DNA of 62,517 bases, filler included, from Squatina squatina (GCA_031763465.1; 4 parts of 3 records of this genome joined end to end with filler, not necessarily neighbours in it), one strand, 5' to 3'. Counted from the first letter of the whole stretch, positions 10,910 through 24,573 are shown. Notes: generated by a model not told the origin, from the sequence alone. Made by a program: numbers and translations.

Positions 10910-11116
10910 GTCTCTCCCTAAACCGCTTCACATTTCTACCTACCTACCCTCCTTTAAGACGCTCCTTAGAACCTACCTTTTCGACCAAGCTTTTGGTCAT
11001 CTGCCCAAATATCTCCTTATGTGCCTCAATATCAAATTTAGTTTTATAACGTTTCTGTGAAATGTCTTGGGATGTTTTACTACATTAAAGGCGCTATATA
11101 AATACAAGTTGTTGTT
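10910..11116 (+). mobile_element. L2-clade LINE 3' end
   Basis: cctttaagacgctcctt...gaccaagcttttggtca...aaaggcgctatataaatacaagttgttgtt. Confidence 0.85.
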
Positions 11117-11119
11117 ACG

Positions 11120-11400
11120 TTAAAATCCATTTGCCACAGTTTTGCCCATTCGCTTAATCTATTAATACCGCTTTGTAATTTTATGCTTCCATTTACACTT
11201 ATTACAATCTTTGTGCCATCGGCAAACTTGGAAATGTGTTTTCTATCCCATCATCTAAGTCGTTAATAAATATGATGAAGAGTTGAGGCCCCAATACAGA
11301 TCCTTGTAGGACACATCCTGCCAATTAGATTATCTGACCATTATCCCCACTCACTGTCTCCTGTTGCTCAGTCAATTTCCTAACTCGGCCAATAATTTAG
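11120..11400 (-). mobile_element. CR1 reverse transcriptase fragment
   Basis: Minus strand reads QGSVLGPQLFIIFINDLD...ISKFADG, degenerate. Confidence 0.75.
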
Positions 11401-14400
11401 TTAGTGACAGCTTTGTGAAGAGTTTGGAGAATATGCTTTCATGGTGGAATGGTCTGTTTGTTGTGTGGAAAATGTGAGTTGTGGGAAAGTGGGTATTGCA
11501 ATAGTGCTGAGGGTATAAGGAGCAGAGTATGTGAGTTGGCAAAGAGGGAGATGGAGTGAAGTGTGGTGGAGTGATTGTAGAAGGCTGAAGGGACATGGGA
11601 GAGGGCATATTGTGATTAGTGAGTCTGCAGGTGAGGAATCTGTGAGGAGGGACTTAATANNNNNNNNNNNNNNNNNNNNNNNNNNNNNNNNNNNNNNNNN
11701 NNNNNNNNNNNNNNNNNNNNNNNNNNNNNNNNNNNNNNNNNNNNNNNNNNNNNNNNNNNGTATCATTCTATGAAACCCAGAATGTGTCGAATCGCCTGCG
11801 GAGCTCATATTGGATTTACTTGGAGGTGAATGAGTTTTTCCGATGGTTGGCCGCTGAATCTGGGAAGTTTACCTCCACATTTGCTGCGCGAGACCCAGGA
11901 GACTGAAGCATTAGTGTACCAAGCAACACAATATAGGTAATCCATCGCCACAGAAGCAATTATACAGCAAAGCAGGATAATGTACACATACACACAAGAC
12001 TGTGTATTTATTGTTTCCCTTTCTCAAGCACATTGTCTATGGTACATTCCTTCATAACCATTGCTGTGATATACCCACAGCAACAATATTATTCAGAAAT
12101 ATGTACAGTTACAGCAACAGAAAATACTAAATAAACCCACAAAAAAAAAACTAGGTTTTATAATCTGCTGTACAAAAGAAATTAAAAATTTATACAAATC
12201 ACAAAAAAATGTAACAATCCGACTCAGTTTTACAGCAGTATCCACAGACTACAGTGATGTTTTAAGGAACTTAATTTTTAATTTAATTTAACTTAATTCA
12301 AGAGCAAGTTTTGAAAAGCAAGAGTGATACACAAGTTCAGGGAGGTTGGTCAGGTTTCTAATTCTTGCTCGCTAGATTTTTAAAAATGTTCTCTGTACCA
12401 GGGATGAGAAGGATGAACGGCAAGCTCTGAGGTTCTGACCCTTCGGTCCTGTCTATACTCTGCTTTCGCCCAGCAATTTTTAAAAAGAAAAATTCAGATC
12501 ACAGTTGCGAGTGCGACCAGCAAAGTCACTGCACTTTTAATTTAAGGAGCAACTGCCCCTGTTGACGGGAGCAGGCACACAGAGAGGGACTGAGTGTGCT
12601 GAGGATAATAACAATCCAGGCAGGGCCCTCCTGGGAGGGTGGGAGAGAGAATAACTGGCCAGCTACTCATAGCGATTGGCTGTCCACTGCATCCCACGCC
12701 CTACCAGCCACCTGCCACTTTAAGTATTCTTCCTTTTCAACCCGATGCTGGCTGAATGAGAAACAGGGGCTGGGGCAGATAGTAAGATTAGATAATTTCT
12801 CTCTCCACCCCTCTCCCCAAACAAACTGCTAAGACTGAAGAACACGAAGCGACCTTTCTATGCACTGTATTATGAAGGGATNNNNNNNNNNNNNNNNNNN
12901 NNNNNNNNNNNNNNNNNNNNNNNNNNNNNNNNNNNNNNNNNNNNNNNNNNNNNNNNNNNNNNNNNNNNNNNNNNNNNNNNNCAATGCCCCTCCCCTTCTG
13001 TTAAAGGGGAGGCCACTGCGAACTCTGCAGGCCCTTTGATGGCCTCTACTGGGCCACCAGGGCTGCGTGGTGCTGTGGCCGCAGCCTCGCACCCAAACGG
13101 CCAAAGTAAAAAACAGCGGCCGTTTGGGTGGGAGGCACAGCGCACCTCCTTCTTAACTTCCGGCCTGGGATTGGAGATCGGTCTGGTTCATGATTCACAA
13201 GGCTGACGCGGGCCCTACCCGCGGCGGCCTCACGGGGCGCGAGACAATTTCCACCGTGGGACAGAAAGGCGTCGCCTCAGTGCGGAAAGTGATCGCCGTG
13301 CACGGCGACGATATCATCGCCGGAGGTGCAGCGGCCCGAGGTACTACTGGCGGGGCTACATTGTTCGCGCCTCCGCTAACTCCCATGCAATTTTGCGGGA
13401 AGCCGGTAGCGTCCCACCCCCCAGATGAAAACACTTTTGTGCCCTCTGGAATTTTATTTCCAGATTTGAAAAAAAAAACTGAATTCAAATTCAATGTGCC
13501 TATGGTGGAATTTGAACTCCCGTTCTCTGGATGATTGGTCCAGTAATGTAACCATAACACGACCATACCCTGTGCAATTCCACAGGAGATCAGCAAGGGC
13601 TACAAGAGCCAATTATCACCAATTTAATGTTCTTTGCATTATGAACACTCACCCAACTGCACCAAGGAGTGCATGGGTCCAACGCCCCCGAGAATACCGG
13701 GCAGCTGATTTTTCCTGATGTCGGTCAGCCATTCGTTCAGTGCGTAGGAGACGAGCTTGTCCACTCCCAGCAACCTGCAGAACAAACCACGTAGGTTCAG
13801 TGGCGGTGGAACACGAGCCTTGGCAGGGAGGGGACGGTGCTAGAATCCGGGAATGCCGTGATACGTAGGGAATTGCACGGACTCACAGGCTGGACCTGGA
13901 GGTCGAAAACACGTAACGGAGGCTCCTGGGAGCGGGCCTTCAAAGCCACGTTGGGAACCTCAAAATAAGGGCATGACCTCTTGACCTCACTGGCTCTCCC
14001 AGTGCACAGATTATTAGCACAGTGAGAACAGTTAGAGGGCCTGCTCCTCTCCCCTGTGGGGCAGCTCGCAGGGATCTGAAGGGCACCCACAGGGAGCTAC
14101 TACCCTCACCTCCACCCAGCCACATACCACTACTTCCCCACCAATCCCCGAAAGCGAGGTGGAGGTTTTTCTGATCACTCCCACAGAGCACTTCCGGACA
14201 CTGCCAGACCAATTCAGAATGGCTGGGACAGTATTAGAACCAAGGGTCGCTATTCAGACTGATTGTGCTCTTACCCGTGTCTGTAACACAGTCTCTTCAA
14301 CTTCAACTCAGAGCAGTTCAGCTGGGCCAGTCCGATTAGGATCCCTGCTAAGGTGCCCTGAAATACAGAAATAGGGAGATAAGAGCTTTACGGACTGTGA

Positions 14401-14664
14401 TCAGGCCGTGTGTAAGCCGCAGTCCTGTTTCACAAGGTCTTCACCTAGTGACCATGGGTGCTGTTCACACCCCTCTTGCCTCGATGGTCAGGGAATGCTG
14501 TGCAAGGTGTTTGCTCCCAGCCTGACTCTGATCAGCAGTTAAATGAAATATGGGAATAAATGGAGGATTTACAGTTGGACCTCAGCATGAATTACATTCT
14601 CATGTCCTTACTCCATCTCATTCTTTCCCAGGGCATCAAATACATGCAACACTTAACCTCCTAT

Positions 14665-14915
14665 CTTGGCTCAGTGGGTAGCACTTTCTTCTGAGTCCAA
14701 AGGTCATGGGTTCAATCTCCACTCCAGAGACTTGCGCACATAATCTAGGCTGACACTCCAGGGCAGTACTGAGGGAGTGCTGCACCGTCAGAGGTGCCAT
14801 CTTTTGCCATCTCTCGGATGGATGCAAAAGATACCATGGCCACTATTCGAAGAAGGACAAGGGAGTTCTCCCCGGTTTCCTGGCCGATATTTAACCCTCA
14901 ACCAACATCACTAAG
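14665..14915 (+). mobile_element. Deu-type (SacSINE1-like) SINE, 5' half
   Basis: A box tggctcagtggg, B box ggttcaatctcc, then ctaggctgacactccagggcagtactgagggagtgctgcac. Confidence 0.85.
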
Positions 14916-14959
14916 NNNNNNNNNNNNNNNNNNNNNNNNNNNNNNNNNNNNNNNNNNNN

Positions 14960-14971
14960 TTAATTAATTAA
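14960..14971. other. Artificial scaffold-concatenation linker
   Basis: TTAATTAATTAA (stop codons in all six frames) flanked by 44 N on each side. Confidence 0.95.
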
Positions 14972-15894
14972 NNNNNNNNNNNNNNNNNNNNNNNNNNNNN
15001 NNNNNNNNNNNNNNNGTGTATGTTCCAAGGTTGCGATTATCAGTTCCTCCTTGAACATCTTGTTTTTGTAGTTTTCTCTGCATGTTATGACTGTGACTGA
15101 TCCTAACTTCCAGCATCCCACACATTTCACTTTTGCTCATGGTGACCTCTTCTCAAAGTTGGGAATATAGATTTTTCTGGAGATGATTTATTAGCGAAGC
15201 AGTACATCTTTCATTCGCAAGGCTGGTGCAAATGACCTTCGTGAAAAGAGTCAGTTCTCATTCTTCACTCTTCACATTAAGATAATTGTGACAGATCACA
15301 TTATTTATTGTAAAATACAGATGCTCCATAACTGTGCAATGCAGAATGCAGTTTATTAAGATTATTGCAAATCTCTTGTTATGTTCATTTTATTGAGCAA
15401 TATTATACTGTCATCCTGTAATTTGCACAGTATAGCTTTAAGTGTCTACGTTAATTTTGCATAGTTTCACATTCTGGATTCAATGATTTTGAGTAACATC
15501 ACTTGGCATAGTGTAAATTATGATACAGTACAATTTTTCCAAATAGAAGTTGGGACTATGCCATATTTATAATTGTGATTTATGCTTTATTTTAAATATC
15601 TTATTCGTAAAGGTGGGTTTCAGTCACACTGTATGAGCATAAGGTTTATGCTGAGAATGCCCCAGACGGGAGTGCAATCTGAATGACCCGGAATTTGTCG
15701 NNNNNNNNNNNNNNNNNNNNNNNNNNNNNNNNNNNNNNNNNNNNNNNNNNNNNNNNNNNNNNNNNNNNNNNNNNNNNNNNNNNNNNNNNNNNNNNNNNNN
15801 CCGCCGAGATTCATAAAATCCAGCACATTGTTCTTTCATTCCTGGGTCCTAGAGGTTAATGTTAAGGTGCACTGCTTTAATTCATGCTGGCTGT

Positions 15895-16055
15895 CTCAGT
15901 GGCACTGAGTTATACAGAGCAGAAGGCCCAATGCCAAGATTCTACTGTGATAATTGATCTCAAGTGCAATTGATCATAGCCTAAGCTTTGGAACAATGAG
16001 CCAGCGTTCCTGCAGCTGATTGCTATCCAGTGACTCCATGCTGGAAAGTGAACCT
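15895..16055 (+). mobile_element. AmnSINE2-like fragment
   Basis: actgagttatacagagcagaagg...agccagcgttcctgcagctgattgctatccagtgactccatgctggaaagtg. Confidence 0.55.
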
Positions 16056-18327
16056 GGTGGAAGGGCTCTAAAATTATACACATTTGCTCTCCACAATTTC
16101 ACATTCTTATAGTCACAATGGAATATGTTTTTGGTTATCCACCTGTAAAGTTTCGCCTGGGATGGTGCAGAGAGAGGATAATCAGGTGGGAAAGATCACA
16201 AACCTGTCGCAGTGCCTGTCCAATTTTCCTTCCGTTTAAATGAAGGGAAGAAAAATTGCGTGGGCTCTGCTAAGTGTGTGAAATCCTCTGTCTAATTTTA
16301 ATCTGTGCTCCATCTAGATGATGCTTTACACTCAGTCAGCACAGAAAATAAATCTGTCCCCCTGCTCCTCCTGACCCCACAAGGACAATCAGAAAAGCTT
16401 AAAAAAAACACTTACGTTTTTTGGGCCTCTTCTGGCCTTGAATCCTCTTCTAGGCTGGCCTGATGTGAAAGCCACAACAGTTTCCCCACACAGGCCTCTG
16501 GTTAAAATAGCAGTGAGCTCCCAAAGACATCATTGGAGCCTGCTCTGTATATTATAAGAAGGACCCCACCAATTTCCAGAGGGAGTCCTTGCCTGCTCAG
16601 AAGAGCAGGCTGAAATCTGAACCTGTGGAAATAAAGAGGGACCACGGTGAGTCGGTCCCATAGGCAGTTTTGACTGCCTGTCTGCTTGGTTTCCGTTGAG
16701 CTGTCAGCATTTAACTCGGCCTTAGAGAGGGGGATCTTAAGTTTCTGTGTTACCCAGTGACCATGGTGCATTATAGTACTTGTAAGAATCCAGAAATATT
16801 CCGGCAAATAAATAATCAGTATTTATAAAGCGAAATACAGCATTTTGCTGATGAGGAAGGTTCAAGAATAATAATGAGGTTTATGGATAAGTTCAGGGCA
16901 ATTAAGGATGAGCTCAAGACATATGAATATGAATGAGTTTAGGAGTTATGAATATGAATGAGTTCAGGAGCTAGGAATATTATTAATGAACTCCTGTAGG
17001 GTATGCAGATTTTGCTTAACTATAGCTTGATAATGCTTGGGCAAGACAATAACGATAAATCCAGCATATTCCATATATCTATATCTGTCTGAGTAACACA
17101 ATGCTTTTACTAAAAATGTGGCCTCAGGGTTGCTTTGTTTATTCTGTACAATCTATGCATTGACCCTACCCTCAACTGTACGAGCGTAATATATCCATTT
17201 CCACGGCAACTCTCCTAGTGGGTTCTCTGCTTGAGATTGCCAACTTAGTTTTCATTTGAACCCAGTAATGATACGCTTATGACAGTGCAGTCAACAGAAA
17301 GATAAAACATTTGTCATACCATTTGGGAATAATTTGAACTGAAATGAAATTAACAAGGGTATGTGGTTGTCTTTAAATATGACATACATTTAACAGGTCC
17401 CCATTGTTAAGTAGACTATTACTTTTACTTAATAAGCATGATTGTTACAGAATGAGAAAAAAACATCTTCATGTAACAGTTAAACAATCACTAGTACAAC
17501 ACAGTCACAATAAATGCTGTGTGAATAGTGATAATTAGCTCTCCTTAAGTTAATATTTGTGCTAATGTTGACATTTTCTGATTCACAATGGCATCTGCAC
17601 CATAATAAAGATTATAGATGTCTGCAGAATCTGATATTATTTTAGAGTGCGCTACTGTAATTAAAAGACTCCTACTAGTATGTTGTATTGGTTCATTACA
17701 CTGAATCTTCCACATTGCAGGTTGTATTAGTTGGATTTCTCACTCTCTTAGCCTACACCAGAGTTCGAGGACCTGAGAAAGTGCTCTATAGGAAACAGAT
17801 TTCTTCGCATATAGTATGGCGTTCGCGGGGTTGGACATTACTAAAGTGGCAGAGCAACATGTGAGACTCTATCTGATTTCCGTAATAAACTTTGAGCTTA
17901 AAATTCCAGGGTTCCCGTTCTGCTACTGGAAATGAGCCAGGGCGGGACTTAAAGCTACCAACAGTGGAGCACACTGACCCCATCCCACATCCTGGGGATT
18001 GGGTCTTTTTAATAATCTGGGCAGGCATTTATATAATGGGCCAAATTTTACTGTAGCAGAGAATCTAATGGTGTCCACTGTTAGTTAGACTTGCTGTTGC
18101 ATGTTTCGGTTTTTAATTAGCTAATGTCAATGGGCTATTGGAAAGTGCGAGCTGCTGCGTGAGGAAAACAGGGCACCTGCGACCTGAGTGAACAGGGAAA
18201 GCAACTTTGTATCTCTTCAGCCAACCAAATTGAAAGATTAAGAAATAAACTGTGCAAGGCCTGAGAAGGACGTGTAGATTAGAGTGGATGAATTCAATGT
18301 CAAATCAGGTACTGAAAGAGAAATAAA

Positions 18328-18586
18328 AAGAAAGACTTGCATTTATATAGCGTCTTTCATGACCTCAGGACGTCCCAAAGCACTTTGCAGCTAATGAAGC
18401 ACTTTTGAAGTGTCGTCACTGTTGTAATGTAGGAAACAATGCAGCCAATTTGCGCACCGCAAGCTCCCACAAACAGCAATATGATAATGACCAGATAATC
18501 TGTTTTATTTTAGTGATGTTGTTTGAAGGATAAGTATTAGCCAAGGCATCAGGAATAACTCCCCAGCTCTTCTTCAAAATAGTGCC
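18328..18586 (-). mobile_element. Deu-type SINE 3' half
   Basis: aaagacttgcatttatatagcgtctttcatgacctcaggacgtcccaaagc..., the reverse complement of the 38464-38900 family. Confidence 0.88.
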
Positions 18587-21500
18587 NNNNNNNNNNNNNN
18601 NNNNNNNNNNNNNNNNNNNNNNNNNNNNNNNNNNNNNNNNNNNNNNNNNNNNNNNNNNNNNNNNNNNNNNNNNNNNNNNNNNNNNNCTCCACCCTCTCAA
18701 AGGTCTTTCGATATCTGAGAATTAAACCTATCATCCTGCTGATCAGTAGGCATACAGATTCTGGACCCAGTAAAAGGTGATGGATGGAGATGACCTGCAT
18801 AAGGCTGCCAGTTCTCAGGGCAGCAGCACATACCAGGTATCAGGCCCTAAGCACTCTGTGCAACTGGCACAAAGAAGATCAGACCAGGCTTCGCAGGAAG
18901 ACACTCAAGAGATTCAGCTCACAGCAGCACCTTCCAGGATCAAGCTATGATGACAGGAGGGCCACTTCAATCCCATGAGCCTTTTGTTCCGTAAGAGTAG
19001 TCAACCGTCTCTCACAATACTGAGTCAGGTTGGACCTAGGAAAAGCATGGAAATAGGAGAAAGCATAGCATGTTTAGCCACCCAGGGAAAGAACGGTGTG
19101 AAGAGGAGTAGGATGTGTAGTTTCCATATATAACATAGTTGAACTAAAAGTTACATTTATTTCTTGCTCAATTATCCATGGAGCTTATAAGGTGTTGAGG
19201 CATTTGGTAGGAGCAAAGAGGTCTGTTGTGCAGTGAGATTCTAAGCTGCAGTCTGCAATGAAGGATTGGACTTGCTTGTCGTAGAGAATTTCAACAATGT
19301 TATTCTGAAGATTAATTTATAATCCTCAGGAACAGCAGATACCTGTAGTTGAATGTCCTACTTTTTGGACATTTTGGCTAGAATTAATTAATTAGGATTG
19401 ATAAATTATTTTTAAATAAGCCAGTTAAGTAGGGAAAGAAAAACAATTTCTTGTTGCAGGTTCCTGTGGCAGCCTGTAACCAACTATGATTCGACCAGTT
19501 TGGTGAGAACAGAAGCTTGTGCCAAGGAAATAGAATCTAGGGCATGTTTGTCATGTTGATTGCACTAGCTTTTCCTCTCTCCCTGTTCACTTACAGGCAG
19601 TATGAGAGATGCTAAAACTCCAACTGTGACCTGCTGAGAAACAGGTGCATCCTCTTCCACCAGTAACTCCAAGGAAGAAGGAGGGCATCAGGGAAATCAC
19701 GGAAGTGGGGTTTGTTACCCTGCCTGAGAGCAAAAACCTTGTCACAGATTAACAGTGACAGTGTGGGGGTGATTTCTGGTTGATACCAATCAGTACCCCA
19801 TGAGCCACTGCTTTTATTTTTAATAGGTAATGTGAAGTTGTTAGACTCCACCATTTATTTAAAAAAAAAATTTGGACTCTAGATTAGGAATGATGGTGTT
19901 GATTTGTAAAAACATGCACAGTATTGTATGCACATCAAAATCCCTGGAAAACTATATTTGCAGTCTGCTGTACCAAAAGTTTTTGTATTAAAAGCAGACT
20001 GCGACTGACCTATGATACATGCAGTGTAACAGGAAATAGCTTACATGCCATGGATGACAGATGGTGTCTCAATGGCAAAGTGCCAACTTGTTCATTTGAT
20101 TGCTGTTTCAAGATTAAAACAGATTAGGGCCGACATGCCTGCAGAATGTTCCTTGTTGATAATTGTAGATAGTTGTACTTATTTTGCTGTGGTTTTCTTT
20201 AAAATTAAATGCAGAAATGTATGCATAACTGTACACAGCAACAGTTACATTGAATAAGAAGGCAGTATACAATGAAACCAGTAGGATTTGAAAAGGTCAC
20301 AGTGTTGGTCTTTGCGTTTTGTATTAATCCATTGGAGGGAGAAGGAATAAATCAGAAATAATAGTTTCTATTTCTACAAAGATGTACAGCCTTACAGTTT
20401 CCTGTATATCGTGGCTCATGCGATCTATGTCAGTCGGTTATCATGCTTGCTTGCAGGTAATTCATGTCTACATTCCCTTTGCTGTTGAGGAANNNNNNNN
20501 NNNNNNNNNNNNNNNNNNNNNNNNNNNNNNNNNNNNNNNNNNNNNNNNNNNNNNNNNNNNNNNNNNNNNNNNNNNNNNNNNNNNNNNNNNNNACCATTTT
20601 TGGGGTACAAAACGTGGGCAAAAAGCATTAATTTCGTGGGGCTATGTCCCACGCCCAAATGGCGCCAGAAGTATGTCCAAAGCCATATTGGGTCGGTGAT
20701 GTTTCGGTATTCCTGGTGGCTGCCTCAAACAGGCTATTGCATATGCTAATTAGGGGCATAACGCCTCTTTCACAAGCCCGCTCCGAAATTCAGCATACTC
20801 CGGGCAGACTCTCTTTCAGCCTGCAAGAATTCACTCTTTGACACTTATGACTCACAACATGATGAGACCCAACCTACCATTCCATTACTCTTACTCTGTT
20901 TAACTAAGTGTCCATTTCATACTTTGTTGAGATGGTTTTACTAAATTTGCAGATTGTAAGCATTTATAACCATTTAGTGACAATCTAATACCAATATTGG
21001 TATCAGCTTTGGCTCAGTAGTAGCATTCTCACCTGAGTTAGAAAGTCATGGATTGAAGCCCCAGGCAAATATTTCCTGCTCCATCATAACAGCTTGTCCT
21101 GCCCTTAGGTAGTATGCCCTCTGTTTAGCTGGACAACAATATTTCCTGATTACAGCATACATATAAAATCATACAGTATTAAACTCGAGTGTGCCATTAT
21201 ATTTTACACAGTGTATTCTGTATTACCCACACCTCATTGAAAGTTGTACACCTGGCTCCTATGAACTGTTATCAGTAAATCATTCATGGCCTTATGTTGT
21301 TAAAATGCAGTCATGGAGAGCGCCACAACTAACATTATGTACAACTCTTCATTTGTAAACCAACACTGGAGGCCTTTTATTGCAACCTTCCTGACTAAAC
21401 AGATGTCACCTGAGATGAAGGCTGTCGTGATACTGTTTTTGGGAGGCTGGATTTATAAATATTAATGTGACAGTTTATAAGAAGACAATGCAATCTGCAT

Positions 21501-21679
21501 AGTTACACTGCAATCAAATGTTAAGTGTTGCGTTCAAGTGAATTTGTTGCTGTAACAATTATCACTCTCCTCAAAACCTGCAACAGAGGGGAGAGAGAAA
21601 AATAATGGCAGAAAGATAGAAAAAAAGAGACAGAAAGAGGGGAGCAGAGAGAGTGGAGAAAGACGGAGGGAAAGTACAA

Positions 21680-22009
21680 GAGAATTGGTTAACAGACAGG
21701 AAACAGAGAGTAGGAATAAAAGGGTCTTTTTCAGGGTGGCAGACGATGACTAGTGGGGTACCTCAGGGATCAGTGCTTGGGCCCCAGCTATTCACAATAT
21801 ATATATAAATGAGGGAGCCAAATGTAATATTTCCAAGTTTGCTGACGACACAATACTAGGTGTGAATGTCAGTTGTGAGGAGGTTGTAAAGAGGCTTCAA
21901 GGCGATTTAGACAAGTTGAGTGAGTGGGCAAAAACATGGCAGATACAGTATAACGTGGATAACTGAAGTTATCCACTTTGGTAGGAAAAACAGAAAGGCA
22001 GAGTATTTT
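21680..22009 (+). mobile_element. CR1 reverse transcriptase core (frameshifted)
   Basis: NWLTDRKQRVG...TSGVPQGSVLGPQLF...ISKFADDT...LQGDLDKLSEWAKTWQ. Confidence 0.92.
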
Positions 22010-23739
22010 NNNNNNNNNNNNNNNNNNNNNNNNNNNNNNNNNNNNNNNNNNNNNNNNNNNNNNNNNNNNNNNNNNNNNNNNNNNNNNNNNNNNNNNNNNN
22101 NNNNNNNNNCACTGCTCGCTCTCACTTTGACACATGCAATTAAGGCCAGCAAGGACTCAGTGGACAGAACGGAGGAAAGCTCAAAAATCATAAGGAAACC
22201 TGGGCGAAGTGTTTTAATGGTGCGCAATCGGCGACCACACCCAAATTTGCTCACTATTATTATTTTTCCCCAGATGCCTATCATATTTTCTGTTGTTTTG
22301 TAGTTACAAATTGTATGCCTGCCAATATTTTGCAGATTCATTCCAAAAGCATAATGCTGTAGTGGATAAATTAAAATAAATAGGTGGGCTAAGGAGAGGA
22401 TTTTATTCCACTTCTCTCCTGAGTCAGTTTAGGTTTTGACTCGGGCTTTTTCAACAACTTCTTAGCATCAATATGAAGTGATTTTTCTGCAGCTGTAGTA
22501 TAAATATAGCCTAAGTTGTGAGGTGACGTCAACAGAACAAACTTTTCCGCACAGGAGAAAGATTAAGAGAGGATATGATCCAGCTCTTTAAAATGTTGAA
22601 AGCAGGGATAATGTAGATGCAAGCAGATTATTTAATTTGAATTGTGATCGCAAGATTAAGTGCGTTATGAAAATTGGCAAGCCTTGAGCAAGACGAGGCA
22701 TTTAAAGCATTTTATTTTTACATTTCCCCATTGAGCCATCATGATTCCAGAGCCAAGATCATTATAGGGACATTGAGAAAATTGTGGTAATGGAATCATA
22801 ACTCACTGCAATTAGCAGAACTTTTTAAAAAACATCACTTTACAAGTGGACTTTATCCCAGCNNNNNNNNNNNNNNNNNNNNNNNNNNNNNNNNNNNNNN
22901 NNNNNNNNNNNNNNNNNNNNNNNNNNNNNNNNNNNNNNNNNNNNNNNNNNNNNNNNNNNNNNCAAAGTCAACAGAAAGGATAATCTGAGGGGGTGTATAA
23001 CGGGTGGCAGATTCAATATTGTTGGTTTTACACCCCTGAAGAAATTGTAAGTTGTGCACTTTGTGGCTCACACTAGGGAAACGTTAATTATGAGATAGAT
23101 TGAGTGAATTGGGTTGAATGGATCAGGAGAAAAAAATTGAGTGGGGAAGTAATCTAGTGCTTAAATGCTTAAGGGCCTGGATAATATAAATATACGCAGG
23201 TTATTTAACTTGAACGGAATACAAGAGAAGGGAGAGGAGTGCAAACTTGAGAAATTTCAACCAAAGATTCTTGCACAAATTGGGAAATATATGGAGTAGC
23301 ATTACTCCAAAGAGACTGAATGATGGTGCTTAAGCTTTCAGTCACCTCTCCCAATCTCTCTCTCTCTTCCTGGCTTGACATCTGTTTTTCTTACACTTAT
23401 CTGTCACTTGCCTTCGGACATTGCTTTATGTTAAAGGTGCTATATAAATGCAAGTTGATGTGTTAGTTTATAGCTTTAAAAAGATGAATGAGTATATGGT
23501 TATGAAAGTGATTTAAGGTAATGGGGTTTAAAGTAAGCTAAATTTGCTTATAAACAACAGTGACCACTTCAAAAGTGATTTATGGCTGTAAAGTGCCTTG
23601 GACTATCGTGAGGATATGATGGGTGTCATATAAATATGTTCTTTCTAAATTATCCATTACTCTATGGAGCATTAGCTTTCATTCAATTGAGACCATAAAA
23701 TAGAACAGGTCAAACAAGAGTAATATAAAGAAAGAAAAA

Positions 23740-23945
23740 AATAACTTACATTTGTATAGCACCTTCTACGTAATCAAAATGTCCTAAACCATTTCACGGC
23801 CAATTACTTTTGCAATATAATCACTGCTGTTATGTAGGCAAATGGAGCAGGCCAATTTACACATTAACAGTGGATGAGATAAGTGATTAGTTCATCTTTT
23901 CTAATGGTGCTGGTTGAGGGATGCAAATTGGCCAGGCCATGGAAC
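23740..23945 (-). mobile_element. Old Deu-type SINE 3' half
   Basis: acttacatttgtatagcacctt...cactgctgttatgtaggcaaa...ggttgagggatg. Confidence 0.6.
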
Positions 23946-24573
23946 CTTTTAATAAGCCTCAGCCCAAAATAAAATGTGAAGAGACGTAATGCATGACTGG
24001 CATAGTAGGTTACAGATCATCCTATCTGTAGTGATGTTATTGCCTGTTTAAATGGAATGGCTATTTTGGTGTTCACTCTATGTTTGCTGTAATTATTTTG
24101 CACAGTTAATTAATCATAGCTGTAATATATAGCAACACAAGGATAGTATATATGTTGCAGTGTGTTACAAGGAAGTTAAACCAATAATTAAGAAGTAGAA
24201 CAAACTAAAATAAGCCTTTCAGCAATTTTGCATAACCATGTTATGAAGAATATTTGAAGTAAAGCTTAATATCCCCTCTCTGACAGAGATGTACTTAGTC
24301 ACTTGAGTGTTTGCTCAATCTTTCTACAGTCATTTGTGTGATTTTTTTTAAAATTTTGCATTAGGGGCAGAAGATAAGTCATGTTTAAAAGTTCTTGGAT
24401 ATTTAAGTAGAACAAAACTTTCTACTAATGTCATGTGGCTCGATATCTATGAAATATATTTTCTAGTGAGTTANNNNNNNNNNNNNNNNNNNNNNNNNNN
24501 NNNNNNNNNNNNNNNNNNNNNNNNNNNNNNNNNNNNNNNNNNNNNNNNNNNNNNNNNNNNNNNNNNNNNNNNN

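Noticed and set aside
12982-13420. GC-rich block with ORFs of 114 and 133 aa
   Set aside because: No recognisable protein. It resembles GC-rich non-autonomous shark repeats also seen at 20593-20830, 30745-30990 and 39650-40214, which I cannot classify.
14665-14730. tRNA genes at A-box/B-box motifs
   Set aside because: These are tRNA-derived SINE heads followed by SINE body; no cloverleaf.
16416-16622. Minus-strand segment bounded by strong AG and GT sites
   Set aside because: Stop codons in all three frames; may be a non-coding exon or part of a repeat, not supportable as CDS.
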